Part shown: positions 18,478 through 25,814 of the stretch, one piece after another
How positions within the stretch are numbered: position 1 is the stretch's first letter
Layout: each line of letters begins with the position of its first letter
From: Candidatus Heimdallarchaeota archaeon
Lineage (GTDB): Archaea > Asgardarchaeota > Heimdallarchaeia > Hodarchaeales > Hodarchaeaceae
Length of the DNA: 25,814 nt
Assembly: GCA_020353515.1 (NCBI GenBank)
Contig: CP070695.1
Location: 3,366,136 to 3,391,949 of the forward strand
Direction of reading: 5' to 3'
Notes under the pieces: generated by a model
What the model was told of the DNA's origin: nothing
Database searches by the model: none
What the model saw: the letters and a program-made list of their open reading frames with translations, nothing else
Made by a program: the position numbers and the translations under genes

Positions 18478-18707
18478 TTTGATCACTATATTTACTCTAT
18501 GATGGTATTCAGAGAAATTAATAACTTGATTGTTAAACACATAGATATAATTTTCTTTTATTAGCGCTTCGTTTTTATCTTTTTCTTGAAAAAGAAAATT
18601 ACTTCATAACAAAGCTCATTGGTGTATATTAAACCTTCAATGTTACATCATGTATTCCATGATTAGAAGTAAAATGCTTGACGAGTTATCCAAATGATGG
18701 TAATTAA

Positions 18708-19418
18708 ATGAAGTGCGATGGAATTTACTATATTGCTAAGTTCAAAGAGCGTCCAAATAGGTTTCTAGCAAAGGTAGAAATTAGTTTTTCTCAGCAATCA
18801 AAAATGGTTGTTGAAGCGCATGTACCTGATCCTGGAAGATTAAAAGATTTATTTTTGTTAAATGCTAAAGTCATTCTACGAAAGAGTTCTAATCAATCTC
18901 GTAAAACCCAATATTCACTTGTTGGTGTTAAAACAGGTAAAGTTTGGGTGAATATTGATTCACTTTTAACAAATCGCTTATTTGAAGAAGAGTATCTAAA
19001 TATTACACGTTTTCAGCGATATAAAATCATTAGACCAGAATTTACGTATAGAAACAGTAGATTTGATTTCCTGATGGTTAATCGTGATACACATCAAAAA
19101 GCTTTGATTGAAGTAAAGAGCGTAACTTTAGTTAAAAATGGAATAGCACTATTTCCCGACGCACCAACAATAAGAGGAACCAAACATGTAATGGATTTAA
19201 TAAAAGCAACCAAGGAATATCAATCTTTTTTAGTATTTTTGATCAAGCGAAATGATGTTTCTGCTTTTAGACCAAATGAGGAGATTGATCCTACTTTTTC
19301 TCAAACCCTCATAACGTCTATGAAGAGTGGGCTTCAGGTTTGTGCAGTTAAGTGTTTGTACGATCCGATTGTGAAAAAAGAATTGAAAATTCTCAATGAA
19401 ATTCCAATGACTCAATAA
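18708..19418 (+). CDS. sfsA: SfsA family DNA/RNA nuclease (sugar fermentation stimulation protein)
   Basis: RPNRF, HVPDPGRL, RKTQY, SRFDF, IEVKSVTL, FPDAPTIRGTKH and F.PNEEIDP.F: OB fold plus PD-(D/E)xK domain. Confidence 0.95.
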   Translation: MKCDGIYYIAKFKERPNRFLAKVEISFSQQSKMVVEAHVPDPGRLKDLFLLNAKVILRKSSNQSRKTQYSLVGVKTGKVWVNIDSLLTNRLFEEEYLNITRFQRYKIIRPEFTYRNSRFDFLMVNRDTHQKALIEVKSVTLVKNGIALFPDAPTIRGTKHVMDLIKATKEYQSFLVFLIKRNDVSAFRPNEEIDPTFSQTLITSMKSGLQVCAVKCLYDPIVKKELKILNEIPMTQ

Positions 19419-19576
19419 AGAAGTAATTAAAATGTGTCTCGTTAAAACAAAAAATATTTTTGGTTTAAATAAATACTTAAAAATCTGACAACAAGTAGAA
19501 AACGGGAATTACTTTTTATTATGGTGATTCGAAGATTTTTATTGGCTTAAATCCTCTGAATTGTTGGTGGTTCTTT

Positions 19577-20686
19577 TTGGATTGGAGCCATGTTATCATC
19601 CATGTAGATCTAGATGCCTTTTTTGCAGCTGTTCATATAAAGAACCATCCCTTTCTAAGAGGTTATCCAGTTATCATTGGCGCAAATCCTCAGAAAGGTA
19701 ACGGGCGTGGCGTAGTATCAACCTGTTCTTATGAAGCACGAAGGTTTGGTCTTCATTCCGCCATGCCTATCTCTCAAGCATATAAATTATGCCCTCATGG
19801 TGTATACATCTGTTCTGGTACTCCAATATCATTTTCTCATTATCATGAAGAATCAGAAAAGGTTATGACGATCTTACTTAAATATACGGATATTTTTCAA
19901 AATGCTGGAGTTGATGAAGCATATTTAGACGTTACAAAGGTATGGTCTGACTATGGCTCAACACCTAAATCAATAGCTGAAACTATTCAAACAGAAATCC
20001 AGAATCAACTATCTCTGCCTGTTTCTCTTGGTGTAGCTGAAACGAAATCTATTGCCAAAATAGCCTCTGACTTAGGTAAACCTAATGGAATTACTCTTGT
20101 TCATAACTCAGAGCTGGATAGAATTATATATAATCTACCTGCACGAAAAATTGTGGGAATTGGGAAAAAAACAGAACAACAGCTACAAAAAAAAGGAATC
20201 GTCACCATAGGCGATATTGCATCACTATCCCGTGAGAAAGCATACCTACTCATGGGTGATCATGGACTTTATCTGAGAAAAGTCGCGCTTGGAAACAATT
20301 ATCGTAGCGTCGGTTATAGCCATAATGGACGGAAATCAATTGGTTCTGAGCGAACCTTTGGAAAAGATCAAAATGATTGGGATTTCATAGAAAATACTGT
20401 GGATCAAATTGTTTCAAGATTATCTGGAAGATTGAAGAAAAATAATCTTTTAACTCGGACTATTTCCATTAAAATCCGTTTTCAAGGTTTTATCACATAT
20501 ACTCGGAGTTTTAGCTTTCAAAACTTCTTATCGGATGAAAAGACAATATTTAAAACAGCAATCAAACTCCTTGAAGAATTTAAATCATCATCAAAGAAAG
20601 TTAGGCTTATAGGTGTTCGTGTTACTTCTTTGAAAAGTAAGGAAGGACAACTTATCTTAACACCATTTCTAGCGTCTAGTAATTGA
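19577..20686 (+). CDS. dinB: DNA polymerase IV (Y family)
   Basis: HVDLDAFFA, SYEARRFG.HSAMP, VDEAYLD, AKIASD..KPNG, GIGKKT, KSIGSERTF and VRLIGV motifs; C-terminal PIP-like QLILTPFL; TTG start after GGTGG. Confidence 0.96.
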   Translation: MDWSHVIIHVDLDAFFAAVHIKNHPFLRGYPVIIGANPQKGNGRGVVSTCSYEARRFGLHSAMPISQAYKLCPHGVYICSGTPISFSHYHEESEKVMTILLKYTDIFQNAGVDEAYLDVTKVWSDYGSTPKSIAETIQTEIQNQLSLPVSLGVAETKSIAKIASDLGKPNGITLVHNSELDRIIYNLPARKIVGIGKKTEQQLQKKGIVTIGDIASLSREKAYLLMGDHGLYLRKVALGNNYRSVGYSHNGRKSIGSERTFGKDQNDWDFIENTVDQIVSRLSGRLKKNNLLTRTISIKIRFQGFITYTRSFSFQNFLSDEKTIFKTAIKLLEEFKSSSKKVRLIGVRVTSLKSKEGQLILTPFLASSN

Positions 20687-20825
20687 TAAATAAGATCTAT
20701 ATATATTGAAAAAGAGAATTCTTTTGAATTGTAAAAAGAAATTAGCGAAGTTTAAAAAATCAGTAACAATTTTCATATTCTAATTATTCTGGAAAGAGTT
20801 GCATTCATTTAAGGAGTGATTGCTA

Positions 20826-22379
20826 ATGGTATATCGATTAACATCAATGACCATGAAAACAAAAGTAATTTTTTTCTGTCTTATTTGGTTTTTTTCTGCG
20901 ATATGTGCAATTATTGGCACTCTATTTATAGCAACAGCCGCAATTTTACCTCAAACTCCCTATAATGTCGAACCAAGTCCAGTGGTTGGACAAATTAGGC
21001 AAAATCTCGGACAACAAATAGCACTTGATTATTATGATCCAAAAACAGATGAATTCTATGGGAATGTCTCGATTGTAGAGGGGGTGGAGGAATATCAGTT
21101 AGTTGATGAAAATAATGTTAAAATTGGGCCACTTGTCCCATGGAACCTAAGAGAGTTCCATACTAATGGGTCTGTGTTCTATTTAGATGATCCAGGTATT
21201 CTTGTTTTTGAAATATTTCGCGAAAATTCAATATCAAGTTATGAAGTAAAAGCTGATCCTGAACATCTTAAGGTAGATGTTTCACGAAGACAACTAACGT
21301 TAAATTATCAACCTGGTAAGATTTTTCAGATTAACCATAGAATTATAGATTTTTCAGACACCACAGAAGAAGAAAAACCAAATATTGAGAATGTTGGAAG
21401 ATATTTTACTGTAACCAATCGTGGTTGGGTTGATTGGTTTTTTATAATTCTCAGAGCTCTGTGGTTATATTCTTGGGACGCATTTATCATGATCGGACGT
21501 ATCATCCTCGTTACTGTGGCGATTGGGGGAGGACTTGGGATATTATTTGCATTTTTCCTAATGATAACACGTCTTTCTAAACTCTTTGGAGGGAAATATT
21601 TAACATTTCTAATATTAAAGGCTTTACATGGAAAAATTGGTAAAATTCTCAGCTATATTCCTATTTTCGACTTCATAGGAGATTTTTTTGTTGATGAACG
21701 TTTAGTTGATGTGATTGATTTTTCTGGGATAAGACCCACTCTTTCAGAATTATATAAGCAACGATGGTATGATATTTTAGTTTTTCCAACTGCTCTGGCC
21801 TCTATCCTAACAATATTTTTTGTACAATATTATCCAGGTGAAAATAAGACGGATGCTCTTGTTTTAAGTCCTTTATTAACTCCAATAGTCTTAATTCTCA
21901 TTTTAATCTACTACCCCCTAATCTTTGCCTTCAATGAGGGTGGATTCAAGAGGATGCAAATAAGTCCTCAGGGAGATATTATTGCAGTAAAACCTTTAGG
22001 AAATATTCTGAGAGATGGTCTTGGAATTGTTATTGGTTTCTCAGGTATTTTATCCTTGGGAGCCTTAGCGTATGAAGTTAATACTAGCACTGCACGTCAA
22101 GCAACAACCACTGGTCAATTACAAGTCGCCGGATTTAGCCTTGACATTTTTAGTATACTCTTACTCATCCTATGGACTCTCGGTTTATTTTTCATCCTCC
22201 TAGGGTCATCTTTTGTTGGAGCATCCATACTAGCCGTCCATTACTTACAGACCTCCCATTTAGATACAATTGAATATCTTAGAACGCAATCAGAAGAGAA
22301 AGGAGTAGTTACCAACTGGGGCTCGGTTACTTATCAATTTAGTCCAGTAGCGACCAAGGCAATATTTGAAAAAACATAG
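20826..22379 (+). CDS. Hypothetical polytopic membrane protein with a ~155-aa soluble (likely extracellular) domain
   Basis: N-terminal TM, a beta-rich hydrophilic region, then about 6-7 hydrophobic segments. AGGAGTGA is well spaced for ATG 20826 (the ORF track gives TTG 20820). No family recognised. Confidence 0.75.
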   Translation: MVYRLTSMTMKTKVIFFCLIWFFSAICAIIGTLFIATAAILPQTPYNVEPSPVVGQIRQNLGQQIALDYYDPKTDEFYGNVSIVEGVEEYQLVDENNVKIGPLVPWNLREFHTNGSVFYLDDPGILVFEIFRENSISSYEVKADPEHLKVDVSRRQLTLNYQPGKIFQINHRIIDFSDTTEEEKPNIENVGRYFTVTNRGWVDWFFIILRALWLYSWDAFIMIGRIILVTVAIGGGLGILFAFFLMITRLSKLFGGKYLTFLILKALHGKIGKILSYIPIFDFIGDFFVDERLVDVIDFSGIRPTLSELYKQRWYDILVFPTALASILTIFFVQYYPGENKTDALVLSPLLTPIVLILILIYYPLIFAFNEGGFKRMQISPQGDIIAVKPLGNILRDGLGIVIGFSGILSLGALAYEVNTSTARQATTTGQLQVAGFSLDIFSILLLILWTLGLFFILLGSSFVGASILAVHYLQTSHLDTIEYLRTQSEEKGVVTNWGSVTYQFSPVATKAIFEKT

Positions 22380-22385
22380 AAAATC

Positions 22386-22418
22386 TCCATTATCCTTTCA
22401 TTTTTTTCTTTTTTTTTT
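22386..22418 (+). terminator. Pyrimidine/oligo-T terminator
   Basis: Pyrimidine run containing ATCCTTTC and then a long T tract, just after the stop at 22379. Confidence 0.6.
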
Positions 22419-22569
22419 ATCATGACATAGAGAATTTCTCATATTTCTATGTTTTTAGTAAAATAATTCATATAATTGAGATAAAATACTATCTTTAAAC
22501 GTAAGTAGAAGAGTCTCTCAGAATTATATTTAGTAACACTGACGGAAAGAATACCAGGTTTAAATAAAA

Positions 22570-23301
22570 ATGGTTGATGTTTTAACAGTAGGACTTCTTA
22601 TCTTTGCTATAATTTTAGGAGTTAAACATTCTTTCGATGCTGATCATTTGGTTGCTGTCTCTGGTATTTTAACTAATTCTCAAACAAAGAGGACCACATC
22701 TCTAAGCATCTCATGGGCCTTAGGACATATGGTAACAGCCTCAATTCTCACGATAATTCTTTACACCTTTCGGGAAACACTTCTAAAGGCAGTTTTAAGT
22801 AATTTAGAACTTTTAGTACCCGTTATGCTAATCATTATTGCAATCTTTACTTTAGCATGGGAATTTGATTTACTGCACTATCATCGACACTCACATAATT
22901 GTGAACACCAACTTAGAGACGCAGATCAGAAAAAAGAACACGCTCACTTCCATTTTCATGGATCATCAAAAAAAGAACATGGAACAATGGTAGGTATTGG
23001 AATAATACACGGAATTGCAAGTAATGACGAACTTCTTCTTCTATTTACATTGACTATAGGCATCGAAGAATTAAGTGGTATTCTCTTGGGAGTTCTGTTC
23101 TTTACAGTCGGAGTTATCATGGGGATGATATTGTATGGCTGGTCACTAAATTATCCTGTACAAAAATGGGGACAGAAGAAAGTCACACGAACAGTAAATG
23201 TTACGATAGCATCATTAAGCATTCTTTATGCGTTCTGGTTATTATTGGGCTTAGATGGCCTCAATTTATTTGAGGTCATGGAGAATCTTTTCTGGCAATG
23301 A
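22570..23301 (+). CDS. Nickel/cobalt transporter (NiCoT/UreH-like)
   Basis: Signature HSFDADH (HxxDxDH, 22627-22647), WALGH, a His-rich loop (HYHRHSH...EHAHFHFH), GIIHGIAS and about 6 TMs. Confidence 0.88.
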   Translation: MVDVLTVGLLIFAIILGVKHSFDADHLVAVSGILTNSQTKRTTSLSISWALGHMVTASILTIILYTFRETLLKAVLSNLELLVPVMLIIIAIFTLAWEFDLLHYHRHSHNCEHQLRDADQKKEHAHFHFHGSSKKEHGTMVGIGIIHGIASNDELLLLFTLTIGIEELSGILLGVLFFTVGVIMGMILYGWSLNYPVQKWGQKKVTRTVNVTIASLSILYAFWLLLGLDGLNLFEVMENLFWQ

Positions 23302-23364
23302 ATGATCCAGTTGAACCTAGTCATCATATATTACTGGAAATGTCTAATACATAGGGTATAAATC

Positions 23365-23898
23365 GTGATATCTAAAGAAGAAATCCGTGAATTTCAAGAA
23401 GATTATGACTCTCTTGACACTGAAGATTATTCTGAATTATTTAAATTCATCATTCGAATAGTACGACGATTTCTAGATAAATCTCGGCCTGGGATCATGT
23501 TAGGATTAGTAGAAATGGGATATGATCGAGGTAACTTCGTTGGGGGTTTCCATCGCCTTGGGACAAATGAGGTTTATCTGAATAAGTCAGCTCTCAGGAT
23601 CATGCGAGAAGAAACTTCAGAGGATCTCTATAAGGCATATCTCTTTCATTTATTACTTCATGAGTACATTCATACAAATAATTTTGTTGATGAGAAAGAA
23701 ACTCGTCAATTAACCCGTAATATCTCAATAGCTATTTTTGGGGAACGACATCCTATTGGTCGAATAGCAATCTTTGGATTGGGCTCATTATTCCCATATA
23801 AATTCCACCAAGAACGCTATAGACCAACTAAACAAGAATTATTGAATCCAGAGTTCATCTTGTTGCGTCATCCCGACAGCGAGTTCACATATCTTTGA
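23365..23898 (+). CDS. HExxH-motif (zincin-like) putative metallopeptidase
   Basis: LLLHEYIH (HEYIH at 23659-23673), preceded by GGFH..GTNEVYLN strands and followed by DEKETR (possible third ligand). Confidence 0.7.
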   Translation: MISKEEIREFQEDYDSLDTEDYSELFKFIIRIVRRFLDKSRPGIMLGLVEMGYDRGNFVGGFHRLGTNEVYLNKSALRIMREETSEDLYKAYLFHLLLHEYIHTNNFVDEKETRQLTRNISIAIFGERHPIGRIAIFGLGSLFPYKFHQERYRPTKQELLNPEFILLRHPDSEFTYL

Positions 23899-23971
23899 AA
23901 AGTAAAAATTTAAAACTTTATAGGGAATAGTCACTTAATATCATCGGAAAGAAATAAGGAGCTGATCATCC

Positions 23972-24199
23972 ATGAAAAAATTAGGTGGTTTAGCAAAAGG
24001 TGTTGGCAAGGAAGCTATGTCTACAGCATTGAACACAGCAGTAAAAGAAATTCTAGAAGAAACTGGAGCGAAAGAAATCGCCAAAGATAAGGCTCTTGAA
24101 GTGGGAAAAAAGATCATCGGGGATAAAAACATTCCGACGAAACAAAAGGTGCAAAAAGAGATCCTCAAAACCTTAATTAAGAAGGAACTAGGCCTTTAA
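23972..24199 (+). CDS. Small lysine-rich helical hypothetical protein
   Basis: 75-aa ORF with AGGAG SD, upstream AAAACTTTATA TATA-like element (~23912-23922) and its own downstream T-rich terminator. Confidence 0.7.
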   Translation: MKKLGGLAKGVGKEAMSTALNTAVKEILEETGAKEIAKDKALEVGKKIIGDKNIPTKQKVQKEILKTLIKKELGL

Positions 24200-24209
24200 T
24201 TCAATCTAG

Positions 24210-24283
24210 ATCCTTCCTTTCTTATTTATTTTTTTCAATATTCTAGTAAGGAAAAAAATAAAAAAAATGGAGAGAAAAGGGAG
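24210..24283. terminator. Convergent (bidirectional) pyrimidine/oligo-T terminators
   Basis: ATCCTTCCTTTCTTATTTATTTTTTT on the plus strand, facing the A/G-rich tract 24251-24283 (C/T-rich on minus), between two convergent genes. Confidence 0.6.
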
Positions 24284-24304
24284 TTTTTCATCAAATATTT
24301 CCTG

Positions 24305-25558
24305 CTACGATGTAATAACTGGTACTTCTGGTACTCTTCGATATTTTCTCATTTGAAAACCGAGTAAAAGGAATGTAATCGCTGATAAGCCTACCAAGCT
24401 AACAGCTAATGTCTGTTCTCGGGAAAAATCTAGGATGTCGATGATTATTGACAGTATAAAGTAGATAGAAGAACCAACGAAAGACATCAATGATACGAAA
24501 GTTGCTCTTTCATCAGATCGAAGATATTGTTGTAATATTGCTTGTATTATTGGTGTACGAATTCCACGAGTTATTTGTGCTAGCAAAGACATTACAAGAA
24601 TCCCAAAGAGATTTGGAATCTGGATCAATGCTAAGATATAAGCCCCTTCTATGAATGTTATTAACAAAAACATCCAGTAGCCCAATAGCTTATCAACTCG
24701 GGATCGTATCAATAGTGAACTAATCGCTGCGCAAAGGTTGAATCCAGCTAAGACGAAACCCATGAGTAGAGATGTAACTAGAAATTCCTCAACAAGAATG
24801 TGTTGAACAGCCCAGAAGCCAATCCGACTGAAAACAATACCAGTCAGACTGAAGATTAGAATCATTTTCAGCTCAGATTGATGTTTTAAGGAGCCTAAGG
24901 CTTTCATGATTGCAGCTTGTGGAGTTTTAGCTTTCAATCGTGGGGGTTCAGTGTATCCCCAGTAAACCAGAGCTGCAAAGGTTAAATGACCAATAGTTGC
25001 AATAAGAATGGGCATCTGAACAGATATTGTGCCAATGAATCCACCAGCAAGCGCACCAAGCGCTCCACCAAGAAACATGATTGTCATTCGTTTGGAAACG
25101 ATATTACCGAATTTAGTATTGATTTCAGTATCATTGAGGGAAAGTAACGAATCGTAAACTAGAGCAGTCTCACTTCCAGTCTGAAAGGCAACTGCTATCC
25201 CCGCTAATATCTCAGCAATAGCGAACACATAGAAATTATCACCGATAGCATAGAAGAACATTGCGATCCCGAATAGGCCATGAAAAACACTAGAACATCC
25301 TTTTCGGCTCCAAAAATCAGCAATAGAACCCGATGGGACTTCCAGAATTAATATTGGGAGGACGAATAAACCCTGAAGTAACAACATCTCATGAAAAGCT
25401 AGTCCTGCTTTTAACCAGACTAAAACGATCACAGGTACAATTAAGACCGTAATATCGAAACCTGTGATTTGAAATATTTGAATATTCCGCTGGCATTGAG
25501 CTCGACTAAACTGCTTATAGTGCGGTCTCTTATCTCTATCTAGAGTCATGGAATTCAC
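24305..25558 (-). CDS. Major facilitator superfamily (MFS) transporter
   Basis: About 12 TMs; motif A variant LEVPSGSIADFWSRK; AFQTGSETALVYDSL; SDERATFVSL. The start is GTG 25558 or ATG 25549. Confidence 0.92.
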   Translation of the reverse strand: MNSMTLDRDKRPHYKQFSRAQCQRNIQIFQITGFDITVLIVPVIVLVWLKAGLAFHEMLLLQGLFVLPILILEVPSGSIADFWSRKGCSSVFHGLFGIAMFFYAIGDNFYVFAIAEILAGIAVAFQTGSETALVYDSLLSLNDTEINTKFGNIVSKRMTIMFLGGALGALAGGFIGTISVQMPILIATIGHLTFAALVYWGYTEPPRLKAKTPQAAIMKALGSLKHQSELKMILIFSLTGIVFSRIGFWAVQHILVEEFLVTSLLMGFVLAGFNLCAAISSLLIRSRVDKLLGYWMFLLITFIEGAYILALIQIPNLFGILVMSLLAQITRGIRTPIIQAILQQYLRSDERATFVSLMSFVGSSIYFILSIIIDILDFSREQTLAVSLVGLSAITFLLLGFQMRKYRRVPEVPVITS

Positions 25559-25674
25559 GTCTTAATTTTAAATATTACTTTTAAATCACCTTCTTAACAT
25601 TAAAAAACCTTGGAACTGAAATACGCCACGATATGCGCATCTTATATTGAATTATCAGAAGACTTGAACGAATA

Positions 25675-25814
25675 ATGACGAGAAAAAGCAGATGGTTGGA
25701 TTTCAAACAAATCTTCAGCAAAATTCATGCGAACACGGGAGAGAGAGTGACGAGTGCCATAAAAATTGCACAAGACATCCTATTTGGACTCGTCATTAAA
25801 GTCTCCAACCAATA
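25675..25814 (+). CDS. Possible 3'-truncated hypothetical ORF
   Basis: ATG 25675 opens a frame (MTRKSRWLDFKQIFSKIH...) with no stop before the window end. It has no SD or recognisable motif and may be non-coding. Confidence 0.25.
   Translation, partial: MTRKSRWLDFKQIFSKIHANTGERVTSAIKIAQDILFGLVIKVSNQ

Noticed and set aside
15314-19418. MTase plus SfsA as a restriction-modification pair
   Set aside because: SfsA is a widespread family not known as a cognate REase, and it is separated from the MTase by three genes and terminators.
19230-24168. Minus-strand ORFs 19230-19415 and 23941-24168
   Set aside because: They are antisense to sfsA and to the 75-aa gene, which has the SD, promoter and terminator support.
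25776-25796. Minus-strand ATGACGAGTCCAAATAGGATG resembles hammerhead ribozyme core/stem II (CUGANGA-GUCC-loop-GGAC-GAAA)
   Set aside because: The essential CUGA reads AUGA, the GAAA reads GUCU, and no stems I/III are evident. Probably coincidental.
25642-25812. Minus-strand frame LVGDFNDESK-TAG-DVLC..., suggesting an EEP-family GDFN motif with amber read-through
   Set aside because: The motif is short, lacks the downstream D/SDH motifs, and is the exact antisense of an open plus-strand frame. There is no pyrrolysine machinery in the window.
1-25814. Mobile element, prophage, tRNA or rRNA
   Set aside because: I recognised no integrase, transposase, terminal repeats, or GC-rich cloverleaf/rRNA-like segment by eye. 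A covariance-model scan would be needed to exclude small RNAs.

Overview
AT-rich, gene-dense archaeal chromosomal segment. An HMfB-type histone, BRE/TATA promoters and oligo-T terminators show it is archaeal. A giant single-pass surface protein with a longin-like cytoplasmic tail, a CTERM-like anchored protease and stand-alone receiver proteins suggest an Asgard archaeon, possibly Heimdallarchaeia-like (inference; no marker gene present). Left part: a truncated receiver protein, a NuoC-like small ORF, an FAH-family hydrolase, a GalE-like epimerase, a nucleotidyltransferase-fold protein with degenerate catalytic residues, a membrane-anchored M6 metalloprotease and an EamA transporter. Middle: a 2039-aa DUF2341/LamG/9x cadherin-like repeat protein, then a DNA-maintenance neighbourhood (endonuclease IV, flavin reductase, orphan beta-class DNA methyltransferase, histone, receiver, TPR protein, SfsA, DinB). 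Right part: an unknown polytopic membrane protein, a Ni/Co transporter, an HExxH protein, a small Lys-rich protein and an MFS transporter. I saw no rRNA, tRNA, CRISPR or transposase. Top candidates for new biology are (1) an adhesin-type receptor joined through one TM helix to a longin-like plus winged-helix-like cytoplasmic module and (2) an orphan DNA methyltransferase with a C-terminal PCNA-interaction (PIP)-like tail just upstream of a histone gene with a motif-rich promoter. All domain calls are by-eye motif recognition; no searches were run.
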